Origin: Truepera sp.
GTDB taxonomy: Bacteria; Deinococcota; Deinococci; Deinococcales; Trueperaceae
Assembly: GCA_965218435.1 (NCBI GenBank)
Contig: CBDCKW010000009.1
Location: 1,280,001-1,344,000 of the forward strand
Direction of reading: 5' to 3'
Length of the DNA stretch: 64,000 bases
Made by a program: the position numbers and the translations under genes
Notes under the pieces: model-generated
The model's input: only the letters and a program-made list of their open reading frames with translations
Told to the model about the DNA's origin: nothing
The model's database searches: none
In this document: in pieces, positions 50,267 to 60,493 of the stretch
How the letters are laid out: each line of letters opens with the position of its first letter
Numbering within the stretch: the stretch's first letter is position 1

Positions 50267-52093
50267 CTAAAGCGTAAACCGCTCAACTAACGCCTCATAT
50301 TCCGCGACGCGCCCCTCGGCAATCTCCAAACTTTTACGCCAAAACTCTACACGCTCAATGTCAATCCCAAACTCGGCGGCGAGCGGCGCGGCGTCGTTCA
50401 TCCCGGTTTTAGACAAAAGCTCGTCGTACCGCTCGTACCAGCCCTCCGGCTCTGCCTGATACTGTGCGTAGAGCCCCAAACCGAACAGATAGCCAAAGGT
50501 GTAAGGGAAGTTGTAAAAACTCCGCCCGGTGCTGTAGTAGTGACCTTTTTGTGCCCACATCAGCGGGTGGCGGGCGTCTGCGGCCAAGGCGTCACCGTAA
50601 GTTTGAGCTTGCGCGTCTAGCATCAGGGCGTTCAGTTCGTCCACCGACAACTCGCGTTCGCGCCGACGTTCAAAGACCGCCGACTCGAAGCGGAAGCGTG
50701 AGTCAATATCTACGACCAGCTGTGTGCTGCCGAGCAGGTCTTGCTCCAAAATGGCCAGTTTTTCAGCCTCGTCCGCGCGGTTTAAGAGCGCGTTGGTGAC
50801 AACCGTCTCACAAAAGATGCTGGCAGTTTCGGCCAAGGTCATCGGGGTGTCGTTTTGCAGCGGCGTGCGTCCGGCGTCGAAGATGCAGAGATTGTGATAG
50901 GCGTGTCCGAGTTCATGCGCGGCGGTAAACACGCTGTCCAAATCGCCGCCGAAGTTGTGCATAATCCGTGACTCCCTGACGCCCCGGACGCTCATACAGA
51001 ACGCGCCGCTGCGTTTACCTTTACGCGGTGGGACGTCGTGCCAGTTTTCGTCAAAGGTCTTTTGCGCGAACGCCGCGAGTTTAGGTGAATAGCTGCTGAA
51101 CGCCTCGGTCACGAAGTCGGTCGTTTCCGGCCAAGAGAACATACGGGGTGTTCCAGCCGTGACCGGGGCCAGCAAGTCGTACCAAGCCAGCGTGTCTTTA
51201 CCTAAAAACTTAGCTTTGGCCTTGAGGTAGCGCCGAAAAACGGGGAACCGTTCGCGGCACGCTTCTTGCATCGCCCCCAAACTCTTCCGGGTGATGTGGC
51301 TGCTAAACAACGCTTCATCGAGCGCCGTCGCCCAGCCGCGCCGCTCGGTTGTCTCGTTGACTTGCGCCTTGATACTGTTCATGGCGGCAGCGTAAGCGAC
51401 GACGTTTTGGTTGAGGAGCTCGAGTTCCGCTTCAAACGCCGCCTTACGCAGGTCGGGGTCGGCGTCACCTTGCAAGTTGCGGAGTTCGGTCAGCGGATAT
51501 TCGGTCTCTTCGCGCCCCGGCAGCGTTTTGCGAATCGTCGTGCGGCTGCTCAGGTCGCCGTGCAGTTTGGCCCACGCCTGCCCGCTGCTGGGCCTCAGCG
51601 CCGCGAGGAGTTCTTCGGCCGCTTCGCCCATCAGGTGCGCGGCCTCTTCGCGGCTGCGGCGAACCAGATAGCTGTGCGCCTTAGCGACATCGGACGCTTC
51701 GATCAGTGCGTCGGCGTCGAGTGACCCCAGCCACGCCGTCAGCCGAACCGCCAAAAAGCTCAGCTTGCTGCCCAGGGGTGCCAGCGACGAGGCTTCAGCT
51801 TGCGCCCGGTCGTTAAACGCGTCGGTCGAGGTAAAGCCTGCGAGGTACGGGCCTACGGTGCCGAAACGGGTGTAGAGGTCGTTAAACCGCCCAATCAAGT
51901 CGTCAAACAAAGCGGTGGTTTCGGGAGTGACGGAGATACCCTCTTGAGCGCCGACTTTATGGTCGTCCATAAATGCAGTGAGGGACTCGAGCCCGTGTTT
52001 AAGCTCAGCCTTAGCCTCGTTAAACTCGGGTGAATCTAAACCCGGAAAGATTGAGGTGAGTTGCCAGTGGGGGAGTGGGACAGTTTGACTCAT
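50267..52093 (-). CDS. pepF: Oligoendopeptidase F (M3B)
   Basis: WQLTSIF, GKRSGAFC, HELGHAYH, TLAETAS, FYNFPYTFG. Confidence 0.92.
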   Translation of the reverse strand: MSQTVPLPHWQLTSIFPGLDSPEFNEAKAELKHGLESLTAFMDDHKVGAQEGISVTPETTALFDDLIGRFNDLYTRFGTVGPYLAGFTSTDAFNDRAQAEASSLAPLGSKLSFLAVRLTAWLGSLDADALIEASDVAKAHSYLVRRSREEAAHLMGEAAEELLAALRPSSGQAWAKLHGDLSSRTTIRKTLPGREETEYPLTELRNLQGDADPDLRKAAFEAELELLNQNVVAYAAAMNSIKAQVNETTERRGWATALDEALFSSHITRKSLGAMQEACRERFPVFRRYLKAKAKFLGKDTLAWYDLLAPVTAGTPRMFSWPETTDFVTEAFSSYSPKLAAFAQKTFDENWHDVPPRKGKRSGAFCMSVRGVRESRIMHNFGGDLDSVFTAAHELGHAYHNLCIFDAGRTPLQNDTPMTLAETASIFCETVVTNALLNRADEAEKLAILEQDLLGSTQLVVDIDSRFRFESAVFERRRERELSVDELNALMLDAQAQTYGDALAADARHPLMWAQKGHYYSTGRSFYNFPYTFGYLFGLGLYAQYQAEPEGWYERYDELLSKTGMNDAAPLAAEFGIDIERVEFWRKSLEIAEGRVAEYEALVERFTL

Positions 52094-52115
52094 GCCTCAA
52101 CCTTAGCACTGAGAC

Positions 52116-52685
52116 TCAGAAGAGTTTACGGATTTCTTCGTCAGGTTTGCGCTGCCCAACGCGCACATCTAGCATTTTGCGGCGGAGTGGGTTGAAATAG
52201 TACGAGAGCTGCACAAGGGTACCGAAACGGTCATTTATTTCAAAACCGCTAATGACGAAGCCTGCTTTGAGTTTGGGAATGATAACGGCGTTGTTCGTCA
52301 AATTGTGGCGGCTGGTAACAATTTGAAACCCCGCGTGTTTGAGGTGTCCTAAAACGAACGGTAAAAGCGCCGTATAGAGCCCGCGTCCCCGGTGTTCTTG
52401 TAAGATGCCTGTCCTCGACATTTCAAAGACTTCTGCTAAGGTTTGTTGCCCTAAGTGCCAACCGACGAACGTTTCACCCTGAAAGATGCCGAAACCGAGC
52501 CGGTAGCGTCCCGCTAATCTTTCTCCCAAAGTGTCGAGCGCGTTTTGTTCGGTTTCCGAAAGTGCGTAGAGGGAGTCGAGGTGTCCGTTTTGGGCAAAAA
52601 TATCTGTTTGATGTTTCTTGATGTAGGGAAGAAGCTCGTCTCGAGACATCACTTCGTACCTATAACCGGGGATAAGTTCTGGCAT
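52116..52685 (-). CDS. GNAT acetyltransferase
   Basis: TGILQEHRGRGLY, SRHNLTNNAVIIPKLKAGF. Confidence 0.85.
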   Translation of the reverse strand: MPELIPGYRYEVMSRDELLPYIKKHQTDIFAQNGHLDSLYALSETEQNALDTLGERLAGRYRLGFGIFQGETFVGWHLGQQTLAEVFEMSRTGILQEHRGRGLYTALLPFVLGHLKHAGFQIVTSRHNLTNNAVIIPKLKAGFVISGFEINDRFGTLVQLSYYFNPLRRKMLDVRVGQRKPDEEIRKLF

Positions 52686-52702
52686 AAACTCAGCTTAAAG
52701 CT

Positions 52703-53728
52703 TTAAGCTTTACCCGCCAAAATCTTTTCGTAAACGTTCAAATAGTCTCTGACCATCCGCTCCCGGCTAAAATGCGCTTCGGCGTACGCGTGTACCTGGA
52801 CCCTAGACACCTCACCCAACCTTTCAACTGCTCTAACGGCCTCGTCTACATTTTGCACGTTAAACCCATTGATACCGTCCCGGACAATCTCCGGCACCGA
52901 CCCGCGCGGCGTGGCGATGACCGGTGTCCCGCACGCCAGCGCCTCGACCATGCTGAGGCCGAACGGTTCGTCGAAACCGACGAGGTGCAAAAGCGCCGCC
53001 GCGCCGCCTAAAAGCCTGTCGCGCTCCGCAGGCCCGACCGATCCGACGTAGCGAATCTGTTCGTTCAGGTGAGGTTTGATGTCGCGTTCAAAGTAACCCT
53101 CGTCTTGAATGATGCCTGCGAGGATGAGCCGCTTGCCGGTTCTTTGAGCAACGCTAACGGCCTCGGCTGCGCCTTTGTCAGGGTGGATACGTCCGAAAAA
53201 GAGCAGATAGTCGTCTGGCGGTCTGTCTGAAACCGCCCGAAAGGTAAACTCACTCAGGTCAATCCCGTGATGGATGGTTGCTGCGTAATGCAGTTCCGGG
53301 TGGCGGTCGGCGTCGCTGATGGCGACGTAGTGCGTGCTGGCGTCATAGCGTTTATAGACCGGCAAGATGCTCTCGGACGAGAAGCCGTGAATGGTCGTAA
53401 CCACAGGTGTCGAGACGAGGCCACTATAGGTGAGCGGCAAAAAGTCGTAGTGGTTATGAATGAGGTCGAATTGACCGGCTTGTTCAAACACATTGGCGAG
53501 GTGCAGGCTTTCCCACACCTTGACGTCGAGCGTTTTGTCCTCTTCGTAGGGGCGCGGCACCACTGCTGAAAGCGTTGCGGCAGTTTTTGAGTCGGCAGTA
53601 GCAAAAAGTGTCACCTCTACGCCTGCGGCGACCAAGCCTTCAGTCAGCAGCGAAACGACGCGCTCCCAGGGGCCGTAATGCCGGGGCGGAACGCGCCACG
53701 CGATAGGTGCGAGCATCGCGAGTTTCAT
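52703..53728 (-). CDS. Glycosyltransferase family 4
   Basis: PPRHYGPWE, GRIHPDKG, EPFGLSMVEALACGTPVI. Confidence 0.92.
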   Translation of the reverse strand: MKLAMLAPIAWRVPPRHYGPWERVVSLLTEGLVAAGVEVTLFATADSKTAATLSAVVPRPYEEDKTLDVKVWESLHLANVFEQAGQFDLIHNHYDFLPLTYSGLVSTPVVTTIHGFSSESILPVYKRYDASTHYVAISDADRHPELHYAATIHHGIDLSEFTFRAVSDRPPDDYLLFFGRIHPDKGAAEAVSVAQRTGKRLILAGIIQDEGYFERDIKPHLNEQIRYVGSVGPAERDRLLGGAAALLHLVGFDEPFGLSMVEALACGTPVIATPRGSVPEIVRDGINGFNVQNVDEAVRAVERLGEVSRVQVHAYAEAHFSRERMVRDYLNVYEKILAGKA

Positions 53729-53847
53729 CCGGTTACTCTACCTGAGTGCCCGATTTTTCGCGCGAGACGCTGGCCGTAGCGTACACCTGTACACCACCTG
53801 TAGTTCACGCCCATGCGCGTACCTGCTCTTTGGTACAGACTTGGTAC

Positions 53848-54516
53848 ATGGCTCTCCAAGTGATCGGTGCAGGTTTCGGTAGAACGGGTACGGCGTCGTT
53901 GAAGGCAGGGCTCGAGACCCTCGGCTTTAGCACGTGCTACCACATGTTTGAATTTATGGATCACCCCGAACACGCGCACTACTGGGACGCGGCACTGAGG
54001 GGCAAACCGGTCGCGTGGGACGAGCTGTTTGAAGGCTATCAGGCAACCGTAGACTGGCCCGGCTGCACCTTTTACCAAGAGCTGATGGCGCAGTACCCGG
54101 ACGCCAAGGTGCTCTTGAGCGTCCGTGACCCCGAGCGGTGGTACAAGAGCGCGAGCGAAACGATCTTTAGTGCGTCGCGCGGCGGGCCGCGTCAGCTCTG
54201 GCAACTCCTTACGACGCCCCGGATGTGGCGCTCGATCTGGGTGGTTATCCGGCTGATCCCCCGGCGGACCTTTGGCGGTAAAGAACACGACAAAGCGCAC
54301 GCGATTGCGGTGTTTGAACAGCATATCGAAGAGGTCAAACGCACCGTACCGCCTGAAAAGTTGCTCGTTTACGAGGTTAAAGAGGGTTGGGAACCGCTCT
54401 GCCGCTTTTTAGAGGTGCCGGTGCCGGACGAGCCGTTTCCACATGTCAACGATACGGGAACGTTTCAGAAGACGATGAACGAGCGGTTTCGGCGGGGTAC
54501 GGCCAAGGCAAATTAG
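53848..54516 (+). CDS. Sulfotransferase-family (P-loop) protein
   Basis: MALQVIGAGFGRTGT, CYHM, VDWP, GWEPLC.FL..PVP..PFP..N. Confidence 0.9.
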   Translation: MALQVIGAGFGRTGTASLKAGLETLGFSTCYHMFEFMDHPEHAHYWDAALRGKPVAWDELFEGYQATVDWPGCTFYQELMAQYPDAKVLLSVRDPERWYKSASETIFSASRGGPRQLWQLLTTPRMWRSIWVVIRLIPRRTFGGKEHDKAHAIAVFEQHIEEVKRTVPPEKLLVYEVKEGWEPLCRFLEVPVPDEPFPHVNDTGTFQKTMNERFRRGTAKAN

Positions 54517-54656
54517 GCGTAGTTTAGAGCTGTTTCGGGTTTGTGCGTAGCTGTCTGAGGTCATGCTAGAGAAGGGCTGTGGCCCGAGCCCGACTCGGGC
54601 GACGCCTTACACCGACCCATTCGGATTTTCTAACGATACGAGCAAGATTTAAGACG

Positions 54657-54691
54657 TGACATCTGTCATTCGCCAAAGCTGACACCCTGCA
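54657..54691 (+). promoter_or_regulatory. Probable NarL/DesR-family operator
   Basis: Palindrome TGACA-tc-TGTCA (54657-54668) plus degenerate copy TGACACCCTGCA (54680-54691) upstream of the ABC exporter. Confidence 0.65.
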
Positions 54692-54740
54692 CTAATTTTC
54701 AGCGTTCAGAGAGTCCATAGTAAGCCTCAGGAGGTTGGCT

Positions 54741-55694
54741 ATGGTCATTTCAAGGGCACTCGGGGCTAAAGTAGAACCCACACGAACACAGAATTCGGCA
54801 GCGGCAATGCTCGAGCACGTTTCCAAACGTTACGGGAACATTGCAGCCCTGTCGGACGTGTCTCTAACGCTCCGTCCCGGTGAGGTGTTGGCGCTTCTGG
54901 GGCCGAACGGCGCGGGCAAGACGACGGCGCTCAGCTTGTTATTGGGGCTGCTGCGCCCGGACAGCGGGACGGTTCGGCTTTTCGGCAGACCGCCGCACGA
55001 GGCGGCGAGCCGGGAGCGCGTCGGGGTGATGTTGCAACTCTCCGGCGTGCCCGAAACGCTGAGCGTAGCAGAGCATCTGGAGCTGTTTGCGGCGTATTAT
55101 CCTCACCCTTTACCGCGCGGTGAAGTGTTGGAACGTACCGGCTTGGTGGGGCTCGAGCGCCGCTTGTACGGCAAACTCTCAGGGGGGCAGAAGGGGCGGC
55201 TGCATCTGGCGCTGGCGCTAATTGGCAACCCGGACCTGCTTTTTTTAGACGAACCGACGACCGGGCTCGATGTGGGCTCGAGGCGTGCCTTATGGCAGAG
55301 TGTACGCGAGGTTGCCGCGCAGGGTAAAACGGTCTTGTTGACGACGCACAACTTAGAGGAAGCCGACGCGTTAGCCGACCGCATCGTGGTCTTAAACGGG
55401 GGCCGCATCGTCGCCGAAGGGACTCCCGCCGCCATCAAACAGCAGGTCGCGGGGCAAAGGGTTCGTTGTCAAACCGTCATTCCTTTGGAGAGGGTTCGGT
55501 CTTTGCCGGAGGTGCAGAGGGTTAGTCAAAACGGCGCGGTCACTGAGTTGTGGGCGAGCAAGCCGGAACCGGTGGTGCGCTTTTTGTTGGGGCACGACGC
55601 GGCGCTTTCTGGTCTCGAGGTTTCCGGGGTAGGGCTCGAGGAGGCGTTTTTGGCGTTGACACAAAAGGCAAATCAAGAGGAGGTGAAGGCGTGA
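54741..55694 (+). CDS. ABC exporter ATP-binding protein (YvfR-like)
   Basis: GPNGAGKTT, LSGGQ, FLDEPTTGLD, TTHNLEEA. Confidence 0.92.
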   Translation: MVISRALGAKVEPTRTQNSAAAMLEHVSKRYGNIAALSDVSLTLRPGEVLALLGPNGAGKTTALSLLLGLLRPDSGTVRLFGRPPHEAASRERVGVMLQLSGVPETLSVAEHLELFAAYYPHPLPRGEVLERTGLVGLERRLYGKLSGGQKGRLHLALALIGNPDLLFLDEPTTGLDVGSRRALWQSVREVAAQGKTVLLTTHNLEEADALADRIVVLNGGRIVAEGTPAAIKQQVAGQRVRCQTVIPLERVRSLPEVQRVSQNGAVTELWASKPEPVVRFLLGHDAALSGLEVSGVGLEEAFLALTQKANQEEVKA

Positions 55695-56455
55695 CCCGTG
55701 CGGCGCGGGTGTACTGGCTCGAGGCCAAAACCGAGATTATCAAGGCGTGGCGACTCCCGATTTATTCGGTCTTTACGCTGGCTTTCCCGCTGATGTTTTA
55801 CCTGATTTTCGGTCTGACTTACGGGGGCGAGTCGGCGGGGCCGGTCACTATCGCCGCCTACATGCTCGCCACTTACGGCGCTTTCGGGGTGATCGGCGCG
55901 TCTATGTTCGGCTTCGGTGTGGGACTGGCGTCTGAACGGGGGCAGGGTTGGTTGCGCCTCAAACGCGCCTCACCGATGCCGCCGAGTGCGTACTTTACCG
56001 CCAAAATCGTGATGGCGCTCGTGTTCAGCTTGCTCGTAGTGTTGGGGCTATTCGTGCTCGGCTTTTTTCTGTTCGGCGTGCGGTTGCCCCTAGCTACCTG
56101 GGCGTCGCTCCTTGGCACGTTGCTTTTGGGTGCGCTCCCATTTTGTGCGCTGGGCATGGCGCTCGGTTACCTGGTGGGGCCGAACTCGGCGGCGGCGGTG
56201 GTGAACCTCGTCTACCTGCCGCTGGCGTTTGCTTCAGGGCTCTGGATTCCCTTAGAGCAGCTGCCTACGTTTATGCAGCGCCTTGCACCTTTTTTACCGC
56301 CGTATCACTACGTGCAACTCGCCCTCGGAACGATGGGCGCAGGGCAAGGCGGCGCGGCGTGGGTTCACGTCCTCGTTTTGCTCGGGTTTACGGCGCTCTT
56401 TCTCGGCGTAGCGCGGTGGGCGTACCGGCGTGATGAAGGGAAGACGTATGGCTAG
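55691..56455 (+). CDS. ABC-2 type permease (YvfS-like)
   Basis: ERGQGWLRLKRASPMP, SGLWIP; GTGA overlap with ATPase. Confidence 0.88.
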   Translation: MTRAARVYWLEAKTEIIKAWRLPIYSVFTLAFPLMFYLIFGLTYGGESAGPVTIAAYMLATYGAFGVIGASMFGFGVGLASERGQGWLRLKRASPMPPSAYFTAKIVMALVFSLLVVLGLFVLGFFLFGVRLPLATWASLLGTLLLGALPFCALGMALGYLVGPNSAAAVVNLVYLPLAFASGLWIPLEQLPTFMQRLAPFLPPYHYVQLALGTMGAGQGGAAWVHVLVLLGFTALFLGVARWAYRRDEGKTYG

Positions 56456-56567
56456 AGGCAGGTGCGGTTGACCTCAATGAGTTGGAAGGTCATAAGAAGT
56501 AAGAATGTAGCACAAAGGATTTTGAAGTCCGTTTGGTATATAAACACGCTTTACTGGAGGTAAAACC

Positions 56568-56801
56568 ATGAAATCCCCGACCGAAAGAAATATCGAAGCA
56601 CGCACCGGTACCTTTATGGGCTATCTTCGCAGTAGTTTGGTCGCAGCAGTGATCGCTCTTGTAATCTATCTAGTCATTTACGCCCTGACGACCGGCGGGC
56701 TCGATCTTGTAACCGGGCTCATTATCGCCGGAATTACCTTTGTGGTGACCTTGGTGATCAGCATGATTGTCGGTGCGGTGATGCGGCAGCGGGGGCGCTG
56801 A
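56568..56801 (+). CDS. Small two-TM membrane protein
   Basis: RBS GGAGG; two long hydrophobic helices. Confidence 0.75.
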   Translation: MKSPTERNIEARTGTFMGYLRSSLVAAVIALVIYLVIYALTTGGLDLVTGLIIAGITFVVTLVISMIVGAVMRQRGR

Positions 56802-56905
56802 GGGATAAGCCAGGGGCGTGTCGTTTAGGGCTCGAGCCGGTCCAGCTACTTTGCTACTGCTTCCGTCTCAGCCCTACAGTTCGTAATGCGGGGTAGACAA
56901 CCCTG

Positions 56906-57277
56906 CTAAGTCGTCCGCGAGGCTGCCCGTGTTCCGGCGAGCGCCGAACCCGCGAAGATAACGACCAAGACAGCGACGATCCAAGCGTTCCAGGTTGCCG
57001 GGACAGTACGGTAGTTGAGCACCCACGGCGCGATAAAGAGCCCTGCACCCAGCAAGATGTTGCTCCACTCCGCCAGCGCGGTAGCGGGCATCGCCAGCGC
57101 CCAGATTGCAACTAACACGATGAGCGCACCGACCCACCAGGCGTCACGGTTGTAAATACCGGTACTCCGCAGTATCCAGGGAGAAATGAACAGCCAAGCC
57201 CCTAAAATAAGGTTTGCCCAGTCCTGCCAGCGTGCCCCGCGCACTGGAACCACCGTTGTTCTTGTGTTGTTGGTCAT
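56906..57277 (-). CDS. SPW repeat membrane protein
   Basis: WQDWANLILGAWLFISPWIL and EWSNILLGAGLFIAPWVL repeats. Confidence 0.9.
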   Translation of the reverse strand: MTNNTRTTVVPVRGARWQDWANLILGAWLFISPWILRSTGIYNRDAWWVGALIVLVAIWALAMPATALAEWSNILLGAGLFIAPWVLNYRTVPATWNAWIVAVLVVIFAGSALAGTRAASRTT

Positions 57278-57355
57278 CGTTAAATCCTTTCCTTTTGAGG
57301 AACGACATCTCGTTTCAGCCTCATCGTCAGAGCTTAAATTTAAGAACCTGAACAG

Positions 57356-57367
57356 TGACCTTTGTCA
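57356..57367 (-). promoter_or_regulatory. Second copy of the TGAC-N4-GTCA operator
   Basis: TGACCTTTGTCA upstream of the SPW gene promoter (-10 TAAGCT at 57331-57336). Confidence 0.5.
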
Positions 57368-57730
57368 AAGCCCGAGTCATATCCGAATTGTTTTATGACA
57401 ACGATATTGAGCAGTTCTAATCCCCCCTCGGATCGTCTCGAGCTTATCCCTATCAGGTGCGCCTCTAAGAGCTTGTCGCAAGCTGGCTCGAGCACCTTTT
57501 GACGGCCCCCGCAAGACCTAAGCCGTAGTGTGCTTCAAAGTGGTTATGGTTTATGTAGTTTTTGCTTCAGTGAGCAGATCGTTTAGCTTGCTGAGATTTT
57601 TACGCAACGTGTCGTCAGCGTTTGTTGCCCAAACTGTACAAACGGTTTGAAGGTCTTAAAATGACGGCACTGAAACATAGTTCGGATATACAGTCGCAGT
57701 ACCGGGCTCTCGAGCCTTGAGGAGGAAACA

Positions 57731-58888
57731 ATGGAGTATAAATGCTTAAAAAATTTATGGGTGCTGGTTGTCATGGTCATGGTTTCGCCCGTACTCGCGC
57801 AGGGAAAAGTTGCCAGAGAACCGCTGAGCGTCAATTTCGGCGACTTTCAGGCCAAAGCCGAACTGACCTATCCCGCAGAGGGCCAAGGTCCGTTTCCCAC
57901 AGTTGTACTGATTCCCGGTTCCGGTCCCGAAGATATGAACGCGACCATCCAATCCTTTGGCGCGGACGGCAAACCGGTCATTCTCTCGAGCATTTTCAAG
58001 CAAGTCTCGGACTATCTGAGCGAACACGGCTTTGCGGTGCTACGTTACAACAAGCACTACGTCACCGGGCCGGGGCAGGCGGATTTTCAAAAGTTTTACA
58101 CCAAGCTCGACCTGCCGCAGATGCTCACTGATGCGGGAAAAGTCTTGGCGAAAGCAGAAGCGAACCCGAAAGTGGACAAAAAACAGGTCTTTCTGTACGG
58201 CTGGAGCGAAGGGAGCACAGTAGCGGCGGCTCTAGCAGCCAAGCATCCTGAACTGGCCGGACTCATCGTGCAGGGGCCGGTTACTGAACCCTGGCGCGAG
58301 CTGTTTCTCTATCAAATTTTTGAGGTTGAGTTGCCTTATCTGCGCCAAATTTCGCCAAACGAGCAAGTTACCATCAAGACCTTAAAGCAGCTTCAAGCGG
58401 GGGATGGCGGTTTAGTGGCTAAAGGAATGCTCAACTATTTAGAGGACAGCTCGAGCTTTCAAACCGGAACCCTGAAGGTCAATACGGCGCTCGATGCCAA
58501 CCACGACGGGACGCTCGAAAAAAGCGAGCTGACCCGCGCCGCCTTTAAGAAGCTGTTAGACGATTACCTCAGCCCTCGAGGGTTTGGGAGTATTTACGCC
58601 GCTGGGCGTGCCCTTCCTGATGTGATAAAGCAAGCGCCGAACCTCAATATGCCCGTTCTTATCTTGCATGGGGCCAACGACGCGAACGTTCCGGCGAGCG
58701 GGGCAGAGGCGTTCAACGCCGAACTCGGGCGTGTCGGCAACTCCGACCACACGCTCGAGCTCTATCCGGGTTTGGGGCATACGTTGGGGAAAACGCCTAC
58801 CGTCATCAAGGATAACTTTCAGCCGATGGCGCAGCGTCCGTTAAAAGACCTGGTAGGGTGGCTCAAGGCATACAGCCATACACGTTAG
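57731..58888 (+). CDS. Secreted alpha/beta hydrolase (serine aminopeptidase-like)
   Basis: Signal peptide, PGSGPED, GWSEG nucleophile, HGANDANV, GLGH. Confidence 0.88.
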   Translation: MEYKCLKNLWVLVVMVMVSPVLAQGKVAREPLSVNFGDFQAKAELTYPAEGQGPFPTVVLIPGSGPEDMNATIQSFGADGKPVILSSIFKQVSDYLSEHGFAVLRYNKHYVTGPGQADFQKFYTKLDLPQMLTDAGKVLAKAEANPKVDKKQVFLYGWSEGSTVAAALAAKHPELAGLIVQGPVTEPWRELFLYQIFEVELPYLRQISPNEQVTIKTLKQLQAGDGGLVAKGMLNYLEDSSSFQTGTLKVNTALDANHDGTLEKSELTRAAFKKLLDDYLSPRGFGSIYAAGRALPDVIKQAPNLNMPVLILHGANDANVPASGAEAFNAELGRVGNSDHTLELYPGLGHTLGKTPTVIKDNFQPMAQRPLKDLVGWLKAYSHTR

Positions 58889-58942
58889 CCATATACACAG
58901 TGGGAACACGGGCGCAGGTCATTTATAACCGGAGGTTTTGAG

Positions 58943-59299
58943 ATGACGACAGAAGCGAGACCGGAGCAGCTGGACCGCACGGCGGTATTTGGCAGCGTAG
59001 ACGTGAACGGGGCGGGGCTGGCGGTCGGTGGGGCCACGATCACTTGTATTTTCGGCGAAGCTGAAGTTGACCTGCGAGCGGCCAGCTTGGTGGGCGGCGA
59101 GGTCAAATGCGAGTGCTTCATCCTTTTTGGCAACTTAGAGCTGCGCGTCCCGGCGGCTTGGCGCGTGGTGCTCGACGTACAGCCGTTTTTTGGCAGTGTA
59201 GAAGAGCGGGGCGTGTCACCCTCGTTTGGCGCGGACGCTCCAACACTTAAGGTCAGCGGCACAGCTATTTTTGGCTCGGCCCTACTCGAGCGGTTCTAA
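58943..59299 (+). CDS. LiaF-related (cell wall-active antibiotic response) C-terminal domain protein
   Basis: Repeated (A/C)xFG motifs, VDLR, ELRVP.AW.V, TLKVSG..IFG. Confidence 0.75.
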   Translation: MTTEARPEQLDRTAVFGSVDVNGAGLAVGGATITCIFGEAEVDLRAASLVGGEVKCECFILFGNLELRVPAAWRVVLDVQPFFGSVEERGVSPSFGADAPTLKVSGTAIFGSALLERF

Positions 59300-59350
59300 G
59301 CGTTGTACCGTGACTGAGCCCGTCAACCTCAAACGGTTTAGGTAGGACGT

Positions 59351-60493
59351 ATGACCGCTTTCACCCGCATCGCCCCGAAAAACATCGGTTGGGAACCGTA
59401 CCTCTATCTGGTATTTCTCGGCTTTATGTTTTTTCAGCCGCTCTTCGACCCTGAGTTTGGGCGGCTTGACTGGCTGCTGACGTTGGCGCTGATTGCCGTC
59501 TTTTTACCCGTTTATCTCAACAACTTTGCTTACGGAGGCAGGCGTGCATTTGTCGGTATCTGGCTTATTGTGCTGCTCGGCGTCGTAGGAATGTTTGTCA
59601 ATACCGGCTCGAGTTCGTTTTTTATCTATGCGGCGGCGGGCGCGCCCCATGTTGTCGCCAAACCACGGCAAGCTGCGCTATTTATCGCAGCGATTTCCGG
59701 TTTTATTGCGCTGAGCTTCGTTACCTCTGCTGTGCCTCTGCCCGACCGCCTTTGGGCCTTTCTGCCCGCCTTGATTTTCGTCCCCATCAACGGCGTCATC
59801 AACATCTTCCAAGCTGAGGAAAACCGAGCCAACGCAAAGTTGCGACTAGCCCACGACGAGATTGAGCGGCTTGCCAAAGTTGCCGAACGCGAACGCATCG
59901 CCCGCGACCTGCACGATCTGTTGGGACATACACTCTCGAGCATCACCCTTAAAAGCGACCTGGCCTCGAGGCTGGCACGAACCGACCCGAGGCGGGCCGA
60001 ACGCGAGATGCGCGAGGTGGCGGGGGTCTCGAGGCAAGCCCTTAAAGAGGTGCGTGAGGCGGTCAGCGGGTACCGCGCCCGCACGCTGACGAGTGAGTTG
60101 ACCCACGCCAGAGGGATGCTGGCAGCTGCCGGGGTGCGTTTGGAGTACTTTACTGAGCCGCTGGCGCTACCGCCGCTACAAGAAGGAACGTTGGCACTGG
60201 CCCTGCGCGAAGCGGTCACGAACGTCGTGCGGCACGCGCAGGCGTCGGTATGTACGGTGCGCGTGTTACACATAATCATTCCGGGTGGAGATGAAGTCAG
60301 GCTCGAGGTTGACGACGACGGTACCGGCAAGTGTGCATCCGACGGGGCGGGACTCACCGGGATGAGGGAACGTGCTGAACTGCTGGGAGGAAGGCTCGAG
60401 GTCACGGGAAACAATTCCGGGACGCGGCTCCGGTTGACCTTACCGCTTCTCACCGCTGACGACACGCCTGAAGCTTTGGAAAGAACCTCGTGA
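59351..60493 (+). CDS. DesK/YvfT-like sensor histidine kinase
   Basis: TM N-terminus; ERERIARDLHDLLGHTLS, REAVTNVVRHA, DDG.G, GL.GMRER. Confidence 0.93.
   Translation: MTAFTRIAPKNIGWEPYLYLVFLGFMFFQPLFDPEFGRLDWLLTLALIAVFLPVYLNNFAYGGRRAFVGIWLIVLLGVVGMFVNTGSSSFFIYAAAGAPHVVAKPRQAALFIAAISGFIALSFVTSAVPLPDRLWAFLPALIFVPINGVINIFQAEENRANAKLRLAHDEIERLAKVAERERIARDLHDLLGHTLSSITLKSDLASRLARTDPRRAEREMREVAGVSRQALKEVREAVSGYRARTLTSELTHARGMLAAAGVRLEYFTEPLALPPLQEGTLALALREAVTNVVRHAQASVCTVRVLHIIIPGGDEVRLEVDDDGTGKCASDGAGLTGMRERAELLGGRLEVTGNNSGTRLRLTLPLLTADDTPEALERTS

Noticed and set aside
57296..57331. Hammerhead-like CTGACGA...GAAAC on the minus strand
   Set aside because: Stem II and stem I cannot pair; only stem III forms
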